Shown: piece by piece, positions 1 through 10,395 of the stretch
How the letters are laid out: every line of letters begins with the position of its first letter
Position numbering within the stretch: the first letter of the stretch is position 1
Assembly (NCBI GenBank): GCA_037443365.1
Contig: JBBIOM010000002.1
Location: 1 to 64,000, forward strand
Length of the DNA: 64,000 bases
Reading direction: 5' to 3'
Source of the DNA: Armatimonadota bacterium
GTDB taxonomy: Bacteria > Sysuimicrobiota > Sysuimicrobiia > Sysuimicrobiales > Humicultoraceae
Notes under the pieces: generated by a model
Database searches by the model: none
The model's input: the letters and a program-made list of their open reading frames with translations, nothing else
Told to the model about the DNA's origin: nothing
Position numbers and translations under genes: made by a program

Positions 1-1632
1 GACGATCCCCTTCTTGCCATCGCCAGCCGATTGCTGCTCGGCTAGAGCCAGGGCCAGTTCGTAGTCCGGGTCGGGCTCCGCCAGCGACAGGACCTCGCTG
101 GATCCGCGATCCATCCAGAACTGCAGGCGCCGGCCGCCCTCGGGAGGCGATGCCTCCAGATCCTTCAGGCTCTCGCCCTCGGCGACGTTCAGGCGCTCCA
201 GGTGCAGCCCCTCCCTGCCACGGACACGCACTCGCCGACCCGACGACTCCTCGAGCGCCCGCACCCAACCGGCGCCGTCGCGCAGCAGCGCGCCGGCCAC
301 CTGGGGGTGCACCTCGATCAGCACCGCGGGGGACTGGGCGCCCCGCACCAGCTTGCCTGCCTCGCGTCGCACGCGCACGGCCATCGTCTCCGGGGACAGC
401 ACGCGGCCGCGGCCCTCGCAGTACGGGCACGGGGTGCGCATGATCTCGTCCAGGTCCTGATAGACGCGCTTGCGCGTTATCTCCACAAGGCCCAGGTCGG
501 TCAGGTCGATGATGTTGGCCTTGGACCGGTCCCGCTTCACGGCCTGCTCCAGCGCGTCCAGCACACGCTGTCGGTGATCGGCCCTGTCCATGTCAATGAA
601 GTCCACTAGGATGATCCCGCCGATGTCCCGCAGCGTGATCTGGCGTACAACCTCACCCACGGCCTCAAGATTCGTGCGCAGTATCGTGGTGGTCAGGTCG
701 GTCTTCCCGACGAACTTGCCGGTATTCACGTCAATGACGGTCAGCGCCTCGGTGCGATCTATGACTATGTAGCCGCCCGACCTGAGCCAGACCCGGCGGC
801 GCAGCGCGCGGTCTATCTCGCGCTCGATGCCCCGGCGCTCGAATACCGGCTCGTCGTCGCGGTACAGCACCAGGCGGTCCTTGAGGTTAGGAGCAAACGA
901 CGAGAGCAGATCGGCGATCCGGCCGTACTCCTCCGGCGAGTCCACCACGAACCGCTCCACCTCGTCCGTGAACAGGTCGCGCACGACGCGCCGGATCAGG
1001 CGCAGGTCCTGGTAGACAAGGGCCGGCGCCTTGCTCACTCGCGCCCGCTCCAGAACCCGGTTCCACATCTGCATCAGGAACGCGACGTCGCCGGCCAGGA
1101 CCTTCTCCTCGACCCCCTCGGCGGCGGTGCGCACGATGACCCCCATCTTCTCGGGCCGCACCCGCTCGGCGATCTGGCGAAGCCGCTTGCGCTCGGCCTC
1201 GCCGGTGATGCGCCGGCTGACGCCCACGTAGTTGACGGTCGGCATCAGCACCAGGTAGTGCGCCGGAAGGGCCACGTATGTGGTGACGCGCGCGCCCTTC
1301 GATCCCATCGGCTCCTTGGTGACCTGTACGAAGATCTCCTGGCCGGTGCGCAGGCGCTCGGCGATCGCGCCGCGGCCAAACGACTCCTCGACCTCCTCGC
1401 CGTCGAGCCGCTGCGAGCGGATGTCGGCCACATGGAGGAAGGCGTTGCGTTCGAGGCCGATGTCCACAAAGGCGGCGTCCATCCCGGGCAGGACGTTCGT
1501 GACACGGCCCCTGTAGACGTTGCCGGCCACCGGCTCCGATCGCTCGACGAACAGGTTTGCCAGGGCGCCGCTCTCCAGGACGGCCACGCGCGTCTCGCCG
1601 GCCTCTATGCTGGCGATGATCTCCCTTGCCAT
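1..1632 (-). CDS. rng: Rne/Rng family ribonuclease (RNase E/G), 3' end beyond window
   Basis: Not in ORF track because it is open to the edge. Manual translation from ATG 1632: MAREIIASIEAGETRVAVLE...GNVYRGRVTNVLPGMDAAFVDIGLERNAFLH, later GGIILVDFIDM. Follows rodA. Confidence 0.92.
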   Translation of the reverse strand, partial: MAREIIASIEAGETRVAVLESGALANLFVERSEPVAGNVYRGRVTNVLPGMDAAFVDIGLERNAFLHVADIRSQRLDGEEVEESFGRGAIAERLRTGQEIFVQVTKEPMGSKGARVTTYVALPAHYLVLMPTVNYVGVSRRITGEAERKRLRQIAERVRPEKMGVIVRTAAEGVEEKVLAGDVAFLMQMWNRVLERARVSKAPALVYQDLRLIRRVVRDLFTDEVERFVVDSPEEYGRIADLLSSFAPNLKDRLVLYRDDEPVFERRGIEREIDRALRRRVWLRSGGYIVIDRTEALTVIDVNTGKFVGKTDLTTTILRTNLEAVGEVVRQITLRDIGGIILVDFIDMDRADHRQRVLDALEQAVKRDRSKANIIDLTDLGLVEITRKRVYQDLDEIMRTPCPYCEGRGRVLSPETMAVRVRREAGKLVRGAQSPAVLIEVHPQVAGALLRDGAGWVRALEESSGRRVRVRGREGLHLERLNVAEGESLKDLEASPPEGGRRLQFWMDRGSSEVLSLAEPDPDYELALALAEQQSAGDGKKGIV

Positions 1633-1670
1633 GGTTCAATCCTCCAGTTCCTCCGGGCAGGCCTCCCCTG

Positions 1671-2762
1671 TCAGCCCCCGGGGCGCCGGCGCAGGTGTAT
1701 GCTGAGCAGTATCCCTGTTCCGGCGAATGTTGTCAGTATTGCCGTGCCTCCGTGGCTCAGTAGCGGCAGCGGGATGCCGGTCACGGGCATCAGCCCAACC
1801 GTCATTCCCACGTTGACGACGACGTGAAAGGCGACCACCGTGGCGATGCCAGTGGCCACCAGGGCCCCCAGGCGATCGCGCGCCGTCCCCGCTATGCGAA
1901 GAGCGCGCCACAGCCAGGCCAGGTAGAGCCCGAGCAGCAGGACCCCCCCGGCCAGGCCGAGCTCTTCTCCCACCACCGTGAACACGAAGTCGGTGTGTTG
2001 CTCTGGGATGAACCGCAGCACGCTCTGTGTTCCTGCGAAGAGCCCTTTGCCGAAGAGCTGGCCTGAACCGATCGCGATCTTGGACTGTATCAGCGCGTAT
2101 CCAGCGCCCAGCGGGTCAGCGCCAGGGTCCAGAAACGCCGCCAGGCGCCGGCGCTGGTAGTCGTGGAGCAACTTCCACAGGAACGGAGCCGCCACCGCAC
2201 CGGCGGCTGTCACGCCGGCGAGGTCGCCGGCGCGCGCACCGGCGACATACAGCACGGCCGCCAGCACCGCGAGCAGCACCAGGGCCGTGCCCAGGTCGGG
2301 CTGCCGGATGATCAGCAGCGCCGGGAGGGCGATGTGCAGGCCGTACGGGAAGAGCGATCGCAGGCGAGGCAGCGCCCGCGCGCCCTCCAGGTGCCTCGCG
2401 AGGGTGATCACGAGGCACAGCTTGGCGATCTCCGATGGCTGGAAGCCGCCAAACGCGCCCAGCGTGATCCAGCGCTGTGCTCCCATGCGCGTATCCCCGA
2501 TCACAAACACCAGGCCCAACAGCAGGATTGTGCCAGCGTAGATCACCTGCCATGGGCCAGCGATCCGGCGGTAGTCCGTCGCCGCCAGGACCACCATGGC
2601 CAGGGCGCCGAGCGACAGGTGCAGCGCGCGTACGCGCAGGAAGTGGGCCACATCGGCAGACCCATGCCGTGCGGAGACCAGGGCCACGATCCCAAAGGCG
2701 GCAAGCAGGACCGTGGTGCCCACCAACACCCAGTCCACCTCGCGGAGCCATCGCGCCCTCAC
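1671..2762 (-). CDS. rodA: Rod shape-determining protein RodA (SEDS)
   Basis: GAQRWI, FQPSEIAK, QPDLGT, PEQHTDF, GIPLPLLSHGG. GTG start overlaps the mrdA stop (GTGA). Confidence 0.95.
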   Translation of the reverse strand: MRARWLREVDWVLVGTTVLLAAFGIVALVSARHGSADVAHFLRVRALHLSLGALAMVVLAATDYRRIAGPWQVIYAGTILLLGLVFVIGDTRMGAQRWITLGAFGGFQPSEIAKLCLVITLARHLEGARALPRLRSLFPYGLHIALPALLIIRQPDLGTALVLLAVLAAVLYVAGARAGDLAGVTAAGAVAAPFLWKLLHDYQRRRLAAFLDPGADPLGAGYALIQSKIAIGSGQLFGKGLFAGTQSVLRFIPEQHTDFVFTVVGEELGLAGGVLLLGLYLAWLWRALRIAGTARDRLGALVATGIATVVAFHVVVNVGMTVGLMPVTGIPLPLLSHGGTAILTTFAGTGILLSIHLRRRPGG

Positions 2763-4531
2763 GGTCGCACCAGACCTGCCGGCTGCGGGGAGAGCAGCGG
2801 CCGCGCCGCCTCGAACAGGGCGCGCGCAATGGGTGCCGCGACCTCGCCACCACGACGGCCGTGCTCCACGAAGACGACCACGACCAGCGCTGGGGCCTCG
2901 GCCGGTGCGTAGCCGGCAAACCACGCGTGCGGGACGCCCCTGGGGTTCTCGGCGCTTCCCGTCTTGCCCGCGATCGCCAGCCCGGGCACCGCGGCCGCGA
3001 CGCCGGTGCCGCCCTCGACGACCGCGCGCATCCCTTCGCGCAGCGCGTGAAGCGCCCCCGGGGCCAGGGGCAGGAGCGCATCCTTCACCTCCGGCGCAAA
3101 CGCCGTCACCTCAGCGCCACCGGGCGCGAGCACGCGGCGTCCCAACCGCGGGCTCACCAGCCTGCCGCCGGTGGCCACAGCGCCGATCATGCGGGCGACC
3201 TGCACCGGCGTGGTCAGGACGAACCCCTGGCCTATGCTCATGTTGAGCGTGTCGCCCGGGTACCAGGGCTCTCCCCACGCCCGTTGCTTCCAGGCGGCCG
3301 AGGGAACGAGACCAGCGGCCTCGCCGGGCAGGTCTATGCCTGTGATCGCGCCCAGGCCCAGACCGCGGGCGTAGCGTTCCAGCTGCTCCACTCCCAGCAT
3401 CCGGCCCAGAGACCAGAACATCACATTGCACGACACCGCGGTGCCTCGTATGAAGTTGAGCGACCCGTGCGCGGCCAGATCGCGGAACAACCAGCGGCCA
3501 AGTTGGAGCGATCCGGTGCACTCGTACCGGCTCTCGCGCCGCGCCATGCCCTCGCCGAGCGCGGCAAGTCCTGTGACTACCTTGAACACCGATCCGGGCT
3601 CGTAGGTCGCCTCGACCGCGCGATTCAGAAGCGGAAGTCCCCGGTCAGTTGTCAGGCGGCGCCAGCTGGCCGGGCTGATCCCCCCGGAGAACAGGCCAGG
3701 GGCAAACGTGGGGGCGCTGGCGAGTGCCAGCACTTCCCCGCTCCTGGGATCCATCACCACGACGGCCCCGGATCGCCCGGAAAGGCCCTGCTCCGCAATC
3801 TCCTGCAGGCGCGCATCAAGGTTGAGGACCAGAGACTGACCGGCGCGAGCGGGCCTTCGGCTGATCAGGCGCACCGGCCGACCGGCCGCATCCACCTCGA
3901 CGCGCAGCCGACCTCCCTCTCCCCGCAGGTAGGCATCGTAGGCGCGCTCCACCCCTGTCTTGCCGATAAGGTCACCGGGCCGGTGCAGGGGCCTGGCGCG
4001 GAGCTCCTCCTCGGTGATCTCGCCCAGGTGGCCCAGGGCATGCGCTCCGAGGCTTCCCATGAGGTACTCGCGCACCGGCTCGGCCTGCACTACCACCCCT
4101 GGGAGGTCGAGACGGCGCTCCTCAACCGTCATGACGATGGTCTTGGGCACGTCGCGGCGCAGGGTCACGGGCTCAAACGGCCGGGCGCGGCCGGCCTCCA
4201 GGCGGGAAGCCATCTCTTCACGCTCGATGCCCAGGATGGGAGCAAGCGACGCGACAAGACGTGCCGGGTCATGCACCTCCATGGGCAGAACGCTCACCGC
4301 GAACGACGGCCGGTTGGTAACCAGCGCCCGGCCGCTCCGGTCGTATATCACACCTCGCGGCGCCGGGATTCTGAAGTCGCGCATGCGGTTCTGCTCGGAC
4401 ATCTCGAGGTAGCTGGCCCCGTCAATGGCCTGCATCGTCCAGAGGCGCGCCGCGATGAGCGCGAACATGGCCAGGACGACCAGGCCCAAACGTGCGACGC
4501 GAGGGCTCCAGGGCGGGGTGTTGATGCTCAA
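2759..4531 (-). CDS. mrdA: Penicillin-binding protein 2
   Basis: APRGVIYDR, SVFK (SxxK), SCN (SxN), KTG. TTG start inferred from overlap with the mreD stop. Confidence 0.95.
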   Translation of the reverse strand: MSINTPPWSPRVARLGLVVLAMFALIAARLWTMQAIDGASYLEMSEQNRMRDFRIPAPRGVIYDRSGRALVTNRPSFAVSVLPMEVHDPARLVASLAPILGIEREEMASRLEAGRARPFEPVTLRRDVPKTIVMTVEERRLDLPGVVVQAEPVREYLMGSLGAHALGHLGEITEEELRARPLHRPGDLIGKTGVERAYDAYLRGEGGRLRVEVDAAGRPVRLISRRPARAGQSLVLNLDARLQEIAEQGLSGRSGAVVVMDPRSGEVLALASAPTFAPGLFSGGISPASWRRLTTDRGLPLLNRAVEATYEPGSVFKVVTGLAALGEGMARRESRYECTGSLQLGRWLFRDLAAHGSLNFIRGTAVSCNVMFWSLGRMLGVEQLERYARGLGLGAITGIDLPGEAAGLVPSAAWKQRAWGEPWYPGDTLNMSIGQGFVLTTPVQVARMIGAVATGGRLVSPRLGRRVLAPGGAEVTAFAPEVKDALLPLAPGALHALREGMRAVVEGGTGVAAAVPGLAIAGKTGSAENPRGVPHAWFAGYAPAEAPALVVVVFVEHGRRGGEVAAPIARALFEAARPLLSPQPAGLVRP

Positions 4532-5058
4532 CGGATCGCTCTCCGGGCCACGACCCTGGTCGTCGCGCGCCTGCCGGTGGCGGCGTCCGCCCACCCCACG
4601 CCCGCGGCAACCGGGCTGGCGAAGAGGGCGTTGGGAAGGGCAGATGACAGGGCTCCCCGCAGCAGCACGGGCCATCCAACGATGCCAATCCCGCTGGCAG
4701 CCACGACAAGCCCGCTTGCAAGCACGAGCCCCGCCGCCGCAAGCGCGGCTGCAGCGGCATACAGGTACTTGTGCTTCAAGTCCACCACGGCTGCCAGGGC
4801 TCCTGCGGCGGCGCCGACACCCAGGTAGGAGAGCGCGTAGATGCCCAACGGTCCGCCCCCGGTCAGGTCCCGCAGGTACCCGGCCGCTGCCCCAACCAGG
4901 GTCCCGGCCTCGACACCCCGCCGCAGGCCCACCGCCACGACCACCAGTAGCAGCAGATCCGGTGAGGCCCACCTGGGCAGCCGGGACAGCCAGGTGCCGT
5001 CAACCGCCGCGCACGCCAGTAGCAATCCCGCAAGCAGCCCGACCCGAAGAAGCGTCAC
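4528..5058 (-). CDS. mreD: Rod shape-determining protein MreD
   Basis: Hydrophobic, PDLLLL and GYLRD motifs, located between mreC and mrdA. Confidence 0.88.
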   Translation of the reverse strand: MTLLRVGLLAGLLLACAAVDGTWLSRLPRWASPDLLLLVVVAVGLRRGVEAGTLVGAAAGYLRDLTGGGPLGIYALSYLGVGAAAGALAAVVDLKHKYLYAAAAALAAAGLVLASGLVVAASGIGIVGWPVLLRGALSSALPNALFASPVAAGVGWADAATGRRATTRVVARRAIR

Positions 5059-5870
5059 GGCCTGGACGCACTCCCTACCAGAATCAGCACCTCCTCGACG
5101 CGGGCCAGGTCCGCGGCGGGACGAACGATTGCCTCCTGATACATGGCCCCGTGCTCGCGGACGATCTCAAGGATCGTCCCCACGGGCAGTCCCCGAGGAA
5201 ACACACCCGCCTGGCCCGAGGTCAGCACGGTCTCGCCCGGGGCGATCTCGCGCGTCCTGGAGAGGTACTTCGCGCGGAGCAACGGCCCGCCTTGACCCTC
5301 CACCACTCCGAACTCCCGCGACTGCTGGAGCACGACTCCCACCGAGCTCCGCGTGTCGGTCACAAGCAGCACCTGCGCAGTTGAGTGCGCCACGGTCAAG
5401 ACGCGCCCCACCAGGCCCCCGGCGCCCACAACCGTATCGTTCTGCCGCACGCCGTCGCGCGCGCCGCGATCCACCAGGATCACCGCAAACCACTGGGCGC
5501 CGCCCCGGCCGATCACCCGTGCGCCGATCGCACGGCCCGGGATCAGGCGCCGGAACTCGAGGAGCTGCTCCAGGCGCGCCGTGGCCTGGGCCTGTTCGCG
5601 CAGCCGCACGGTCTCCGCGGAGAGACGCGCAACCTCCTCGCGCAGGCGCACGTTCTCGACGCGCAGGCGTCCGATCTCAAAGGTGAGGCGCCAGAGCCGT
5701 GTCCCGGCATCGCCCAGGCGCGAGAGCGCGTCCTGGGCCGGCCCCAGCCAACCCAGGAGGAAGGACCCGACAGGTCCAAGGGCACGGCGCTCAGGCAGGC
5801 GCACCTGGAACGTGAGCAGCGCCAGCGCCGATGCGGCCAGAACCGCTACGAGAACGATCCGCCGTCTCAC
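5055..5870 (-). CDS. mreC: Rod shape-determining protein MreC
   Basis: N-terminal TM, coiled coil, GLVGRV, TSGQAGVFPRG; synteny. Confidence 0.93.
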   Translation of the reverse strand: MRRRIVLVAVLAASALALLTFQVRLPERRALGPVGSFLLGWLGPAQDALSRLGDAGTRLWRLTFEIGRLRVENVRLREEVARLSAETVRLREQAQATARLEQLLEFRRLIPGRAIGARVIGRGGAQWFAVILVDRGARDGVRQNDTVVGAGGLVGRVLTVAHSTAQVLLVTDTRSSVGVVLQQSREFGVVEGQGGPLLRAKYLSRTREIAPGETVLTSGQAGVFPRGLPVGTILEIVREHGAMYQEAIVRPAADLARVEEVLILVGSASRP

Positions 5871-5906
5871 CCGAACGACACTCGGCTTCGTTATGCGACG
5901 GCGCGC

Positions 5907-6944
5907 CTATGCGCGCCTCGACGCGACCAGCACCTTCTGCAGGGTCTCGATCTCTTCAAGGACCTTCCCGGCGCCTACAACCACCGCGGCCAGGGGATCT
6001 TCGGTTAGCGAGACCGGCATGCCGGTCTCCTCAGAGAGCAGGCGGTCCATCCCGCGCAGCAGGGCTCCTCCACCCACAAGGACGATCCCGCGATCCACTA
6101 TGTCGGCTGCCAGCTCGGGAGGCGTCCGCTCAAGCGTCTGCTTCACCGCGTCGACGATGGCCTGCACCGGCTCGGCTATGGCCTCGCGCACCTCTGCGCT
6201 GGTCATGCGCACCGTGCGCGGCAGGCCCGAGACCAGGTCGCGCCCGCGCACGTCCACGGCGCCCTCATCCCGGACGGGGAATGCGGATCCTATCGCGATC
6301 TTTATCTCTTCAGCCGAGCGTTCGCCTATGAGCAGGTTGTACGAGCGGCGGGAGTACTGGATGATCGCCTCGTCCAGCTCATCGCCTGCGATGCGAATCG
6401 ACCGGCTGGCGACGATGCCACCCAACGCGATGACGGCGACCTCGGTCGTGCCCCCGCCGATGTCCACAACCATGCTGCCGATCGGGTCCGAGACCGGAAG
6501 CCCCGCGCCCAGCGCCGCGGCCATGGGTTCCTCGATGAGGTAGGCGTTACGGGCTCCCGCCTGCAGGGTCGCGTCAACCACGGCCCGCTTCTCCACCTCG
6601 GTGCACCCCGACGGGATGCCCACGACGACCCGCGGCCGGATCCACATCCGGCCGTTGGACGCCCGCCGCAGGAAGTGGGTGAGCATCGCGGCGGTCGTAT
6701 CGAAATCGGCGATCACGCCGTCACGCAGCGGCCGCGAGGCAACGATGTCCCCGGGCGTGCGCCCGATCATGCGCTTGGCCTCCTCGCCCACGGCCAGCAC
6801 CTGGCCGTCGTCGAGGCGCTTGGCGACCACCGAGGGCTCGCGCAGGACTATGCCCGCGCCGCGCGCAAAGACCAGGGTGTTGGCCGTGCCCAGGTCCACC
6901 CCCATGTCACGTCCGAACTGCGCCAGCAACTTGTCGAAGATCAT
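5907..6944 (-). CDS. mreB: Actin-like MreB
   Basis: [30 protein letters not shown]. Confidence 0.97.
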   Translation of the reverse strand: MIFDKLLAQFGRDMGVDLGTANTLVFARGAGIVLREPSVVAKRLDDGQVLAVGEEAKRMIGRTPGDIVASRPLRDGVIADFDTTAAMLTHFLRRASNGRMWIRPRVVVGIPSGCTEVEKRAVVDATLQAGARNAYLIEEPMAAALGAGLPVSDPIGSMVVDIGGGTTEVAVIALGGIVASRSIRIAGDELDEAIIQYSRRSYNLLIGERSAEEIKIAIGSAFPVRDEGAVDVRGRDLVSGLPRTVRMTSAEVREAIAEPVQAIVDAVKQTLERTPPELAADIVDRGIVLVGGGALLRGMDRLLSEETGMPVSLTEDPLAAVVVGAGKVLEEIETLQKVLVASRRA

Positions 6945-6966
6945 CTCTGCCTCCTGGGCGCAGGCG

Positions 6967-7665
6967 TCAACCCGCCAGAGCGCCGCGTTCACGCAAGCTC
7001 ACAAAGCGTCCGTCACCGATGATGACGTGATCAAGCACATCTATGCCCACAATGCGCCCGGCCTCCGCCAGCCGCGCCGTGATGCGCACATCGTCCCCGC
7101 TGGGCTCCGGCGTGCCCGAGGGATGATTGTGCACCAGGATGACCGCGGCGGCGCTCCGCCTGACGGCCTCCTTGAACACCTCGCGCGGGTGGATTGGCGC
7201 GCTGTCCAATCCCCCCACGGCCACGCCGGTCACATCGAGGACCTCGTGCCGCGTGTTCAGGAGCACGGCCCGGAAATGCTCGCGGTCCAGGTGGCGCATC
7301 TGTCCGGCGAGTAGTGCGGCCACATCGCCCGGCGTCCTGATCACGGGCCGCCGCGCCGGCGGCGCGGCCACAACCCGCCGCCCCAGCTCGAACGCCGCCA
7401 GCATGGCCCCGGCCTTGGCCGGGCCAATCCCGCACCTGCCCAGCAGCTCGTCGGGCGTGGCCTGACTTAGGGCGTGCAGCGAACCGTAGGACGCAAGCAG
7501 CCTGCCGGCTACCTCGACCGCGCAAGCGGAACGCGTGCCGGTGCGTAGCAGCACCGTCAGAAGATCCACAGAGGACAGCCCTGCGGCGCCGTCGCGCAGG
7601 AGGCGTTCCCTGGGTCGGTCCTCCGGAGGAAGCTGTTTGACGGACAGACCGGCAGCCACTGCCAT
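6967..7665 (-). CDS. radC: RadC/JAB domain protein
   Basis: RPRERL, HPREVF, HNHPSG, LDHVII; maf-radC-mreB synteny. Confidence 0.93.
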   Translation of the reverse strand: MAVAAGLSVKQLPPEDRPRERLLRDGAAGLSSVDLLTVLLRTGTRSACAVEVAGRLLASYGSLHALSQATPDELLGRCGIGPAKAGAMLAAFELGRRVVAAPPARRPVIRTPGDVAALLAGQMRHLDREHFRAVLLNTRHEVLDVTGVAVGGLDSAPIHPREVFKEAVRRSAAAVILVHNHPSGTPEPSGDDVRITARLAEAGRIVGIDVLDHVIIGDGRFVSLRERGALAG

Positions 7666-7750
7666 CAACGCCCCGGTTCCAGCGCTGCTTGGGGATACCC
7701 CATCACCCCCGCGCCGGAGACGACGGACCGGGCCGTTGCGGCTGGTGGAA

Positions 7751-8386
7751 CTACGCCGGGTGCATGCCGAACGTCTCGAGCATGCGTGCCAACAGCGCCA
7801 GCGGGAGACCCACAACCGCGAAGTAGTCTCCCTCGAGCTTCTCCACGAAGAGCGCCGCACGGCCCTGAATGCCGTACGCCCCCGCCTTATCCATCGGCTC
7901 GCCGGACGCGACGTATCGGAGGATCTCCTCCGGCGACAGTGCCCGGAACTGCACCGCGGTGGTGGAATCGTCCGCCAGCGTCACGCCACTGCGGCCGCAG
8001 GTGACGGCGATGCCGGTGGTCACACTGTGCGTGCGGCCCGAGAGGCGACGCAGCATCTCTGCGGCCTCGTCCGGCGTCGTCGGCTTCCCAAGAATGACCC
8101 CGTCAACCACCACGACCGTGTCGGCGGCCACCACTACCGCGTCCGGCCGCGTCGCGCTGACGGGCCTGGCCTTCTCCACTGCTGCCCTGCGGGCGCGCGA
8201 TCGCACCTCTTCCAGGGTCCATCCCCGGCCGTGCGCGTCCGCTTCGAGCACACCCACCGTCTCCTGCTCCGCCGCGGATGCAGCGGTCTCGAAGACCCAC
8301 CCCGCCTGACGCATGAGCTCGATGCGCCGGGGGGAGGCAGAAGCCAGCACCAGCACGCCGTCCCCAGTAGGGCGCGAAACGCTCAC
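7751..8386 (-). CDS. maf: Maf nucleoside triphosphate pyrophosphatase
   Basis: LASASPRR, ADTVV, DKAGAYGIQG, VVGLP. Confidence 0.95.
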   Translation of the reverse strand: MSVSRPTGDGVLVLASASPRRIELMRQAGWVFETAASAAEQETVGVLEADAHGRGWTLEEVRSRARRAAVEKARPVSATRPDAVVVAADTVVVVDGVILGKPTTPDEAAEMLRRLSGRTHSVTTGIAVTCGRSGVTLADDSTTAVQFRALSPEEILRYVASGEPMDKAGAYGIQGRAALFVEKLEGDYFAVVGLPLALLARMLETFGMHPA

Positions 8387-8395
8387 ATCAGGGCC

Positions 8396-8404
8396 AGTAT
8401 AACA
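8396..8404 (-). promoter_or_regulatory. Putative extended -10 promoter for maf
   Basis: TGtTATACT on the minus strand, 9 nt before the GTG start; no Shine-Dalgarno. Confidence 0.5.
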
Positions 8405-8418
8405 GCCGTGATGGGGGG

Positions 8419-8679
8419 CTACAACAAGCGGTAGATCCAGATGGCGATCACCACGCCCAGCAGCATGGCCAGGTTGAGACGAACGACCCCGCCCGCGGTC
8501 AGGCTTACGATGCGCAGGTCCAGGGTGAACGGAGGGTCAACGCCGGCGCGCACCTCACGCGCCAGGAAGCCCAGCACCGGGTAGCCTACGACCGCCTCTG
8601 CGATCACGCTCCCCAGCAGGCCGCCAAACAGAACGACCACCAGCAGGATCCACCAGGGACTCCGCGTGCGACGGGACAT
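8419..8679 (-). CDS. Small membrane protein (DUF4321-like)
   Basis: 86 aa, two hydrophobic segments, LDLRIVSLT..VRLNL; upstream of maf. Confidence 0.7.
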   Translation of the reverse strand: MSRRTRSPWWILLVVVLFGGLLGSVIAEAVVGYPVLGFLAREVRAGVDPPFTLDLRIVSLTAGGVVRLNLAMLLGVVIAIWIYRLL

Positions 8680-8682
8680 CGC

Positions 8683-9423
8683 TCACCTCTGCTCGACGTA
8701 TGCCTGAACGCCCGGAGCCGGCCGCGGAGCGACCAGCCGGGCCAGCCAGATGCTGATCTCGTACAACGCGTACGTGGGTACGGCCATGAGCAACTGCGAG
8801 ATCACGTCCGTCCCGGGCGTCAGCAGGGCGGAGATCACCGCAATGCCGACCACCGCGTAGCGGCGGCCCGCGGCGAGCGCGGCGGGTGACACCATGCCCA
8901 TGCGGGCCAGGAACACGATAACGATGGGTATCTGGAAGATGAACCCGAACGCCAGCGCGAACGCCATCAGGAACGAGAGCGCCGGCCCCACGGCCAGCAT
9001 CGGCTGCAGCTTCTCTGTCTGGTACCCCAGCAGGATCCGGACGCCCATGGGCATGATGACAAACAACCCAAATGCCGCGCCCAGCGCGAAGAGCGCAATC
9101 GAGGGCGGCAGCAGACCCAAGACCGCGCGCCGCTCGGCCCCGGTGAGCCCCACCGCAACGAACGCCCAGAACTGGTAGAGGATGACCGGCAGGCCGATGA
9201 CCACCCCCAGAAGCAGGGCGATCTTGATGCGGATGAAGAGCGCCTCGGCCGGGGCAAGGAACACGACGTGCGACACCTGCAGCTGGCGGATGAGCAGATC
9301 GAGCACGCGGTCCACGAACGCAAATCCAATCGCCGCGCCCACTCCGAGCGCGGCGAACGCGATAAGGAGCCGCCGCCGCAGCTCCTCCAGGTGCTCCACC
9401 ATGGTCATCGGGCGGTCACGCAT
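8683..9423 (-). CDS. tatC: Twin-arginine translocase TatC
   Basis: EHLEELRRR, YQFWAFV, FQIP, LTPGTD, LYEISI. Confidence 0.95.
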   Translation of the reverse strand: MRDRPMTMVEHLEELRRRLLIAFAALGVGAAIGFAFVDRVLDLLIRQLQVSHVVFLAPAEALFIRIKIALLLGVVIGLPVILYQFWAFVAVGLTGAERRAVLGLLPPSIALFALGAAFGLFVIMPMGVRILLGYQTEKLQPMLAVGPALSFLMAFALAFGFIFQIPIVIVFLARMGMVSPAALAAGRRYAVVGIAVISALLTPGTDVISQLLMAVPTYALYEISIWLARLVAPRPAPGVQAYVEQR

Positions 9424-9428
9424 CGGGT

Positions 9429-9638
9429 CTAGGCGTCCGGCTTCCGCGGCCGTGCTTCGTCCACCTCCTCCTCGACGTCGCGAATCGCCTTGCGGAACTC
9501 CTTGATCGTCTTCCCGGCCGCGGCCCCCAGTCCCGCGAGCCGGCTGGCCCCGAACAGGAGCAGGAGGATCAGGAGAATGACGAGCATCTCCATGGGGCCC
9601 ACGTTGCCGATCAACGCTGGCTGCGTGAATCCAGTCAT
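9429..9638 (-). CDS. tatA: Twin-arginine translocase TatA
   Basis: GPME...LLLFGASRL...GKTIKEFRKA; GGAGGT RBS. Confidence 0.93.
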   Translation of the reverse strand: MTGFTQPALIGNVGPMEMLVILLILLLLFGASRLAGLGAAAGKTIKEFRKAIRDVEEEVDEARPRKPDA

Positions 9639-9659
9639 CGTGTGCTACCTCCAAGTCCC

Positions 9660-9665
9660 ATTATA
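9660..9665 (-). promoter_or_regulatory. Putative -10 element for tatA-tatC
   Basis: Perfect TATAAT in a GC-rich spacer just upstream of the tatA RBS. Confidence 0.55.
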
Positions 9666-9682
9666 GACCCGGCGCACGCCCT

Positions 9683-9955
9683 CTACCACCGCAGGCGGGC
9701 CCGTAGGTACCGGCCGGCGGCCAGCCCGGCAGCCGCGCCCAGCCCGGCCGTCCAGAGGATTCCGGAGCGCTGCGAGAGGGCAGGACCCAGGCGCAGGGTG
9801 CGAGATACCTTGATCGCGGCCTCCAGGAGGTCGCCGGGGGCGGATGAGGCCTGGACTGGCCTGCGGCGCAGCCGGAGGCGCAGTTCAGCGATGTCCCGGC
9901 CGATGCGCTCGTGGAGCGCGGCTAGTTCCGGCGCGGGAAGAGGCTCTGCAGCCAC
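9683..9955 (-). CDS. Small hypothetical protein with C-terminal TM helix
   Basis: Helical N-part (LHERIGRDIAELRLRL) plus C-terminal hydrophobic tail; typical partner of YqjE-like genes. Start uncertain. Confidence 0.5.
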   Translation of the reverse strand: MAAEPLPAPELAALHERIGRDIAELRLRLRRRPVQASSAPGDLLEAAIKVSRTLRLGPALSQRSGILWTAGLGAAAGLAAGRYLRARLRW

Positions 9956-10371
9956 CGGATCTCCTCGGACACGCGCGCGGCCCACGACGCCCTCCCCCTC
10001 CGGAGCCGGATCCTGCCGACGGACAGCAAGATGCCCATCGCAGTTATCATCACGCCCAGAACCACCAGCGCGGCCAACCATCCCGGCAGCCAGATCGCCG
10101 CCACGAGCACGAGGGTGGCAACCGCCACGCCGATCGCCATCACCCCCAGCGCTGCGGCGGCACCAATGGCGATGGCGGCGAAGGCCAGGTCCTTGGCAAG
10201 GACACGCAGGTGCTCCTGCACGGCGCGGCCGTAGACCCCTCCCAACGCCGCCGCGTCGGCGAGCAGCCGGCGCAGCAACTCCCCGGAGGGCTCGCCTGTT
10301 GGGGCCTGATCCTGGTCGGGTGTCACGCCCGCATACTTCAGGGCTGACCCGGCTTTCTCCTTCGCGGGCAA
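9922..10371 (-). CDS. YqjE-like two-TM membrane protein (phage holin-like family)
   Basis: GELLRRLLAD, two TM helices, EEIRWL tail. Confidence 0.6.
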   Translation of the reverse strand: MPAKEKAGSALKYAGVTPDQDQAPTGEPSGELLRRLLADAAALGGVYGRAVQEHLRVLAKDLAFAAIAIGAAAALGVMAIGVAVATLVLVAAIWLPGWLAALVVLGVMITAMGILLSVGRIRLRRGRASWAARVSEEIRWLQSLFPRRN

Positions 10372-10395
10372 ATCGCAGGGCCGCGCCGCGCGCCG

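Noticed and set aside
150-6543. Long plus-strand ORFs (e.g. 2477..4828, 783 aa)
   Set aside because: Antisense shadows of well-supported genes in GC-rich DNA, with no motifs.
6967-7665. RadC as a mobile-element marker
   Set aside because: Sits in the standard maf-radC-mreBCD context.
7666-7745. Hairpin between maf and radC containing AAGCAGC, considered as SRP RNA
   Set aside because: Lacks the CAGG..GGAA..AGCAG helix-8 signature.
9922-10371. Holin-like gene as prophage evidence
   Set aside because: YqjE-like cellular family; no phage genes nearby.
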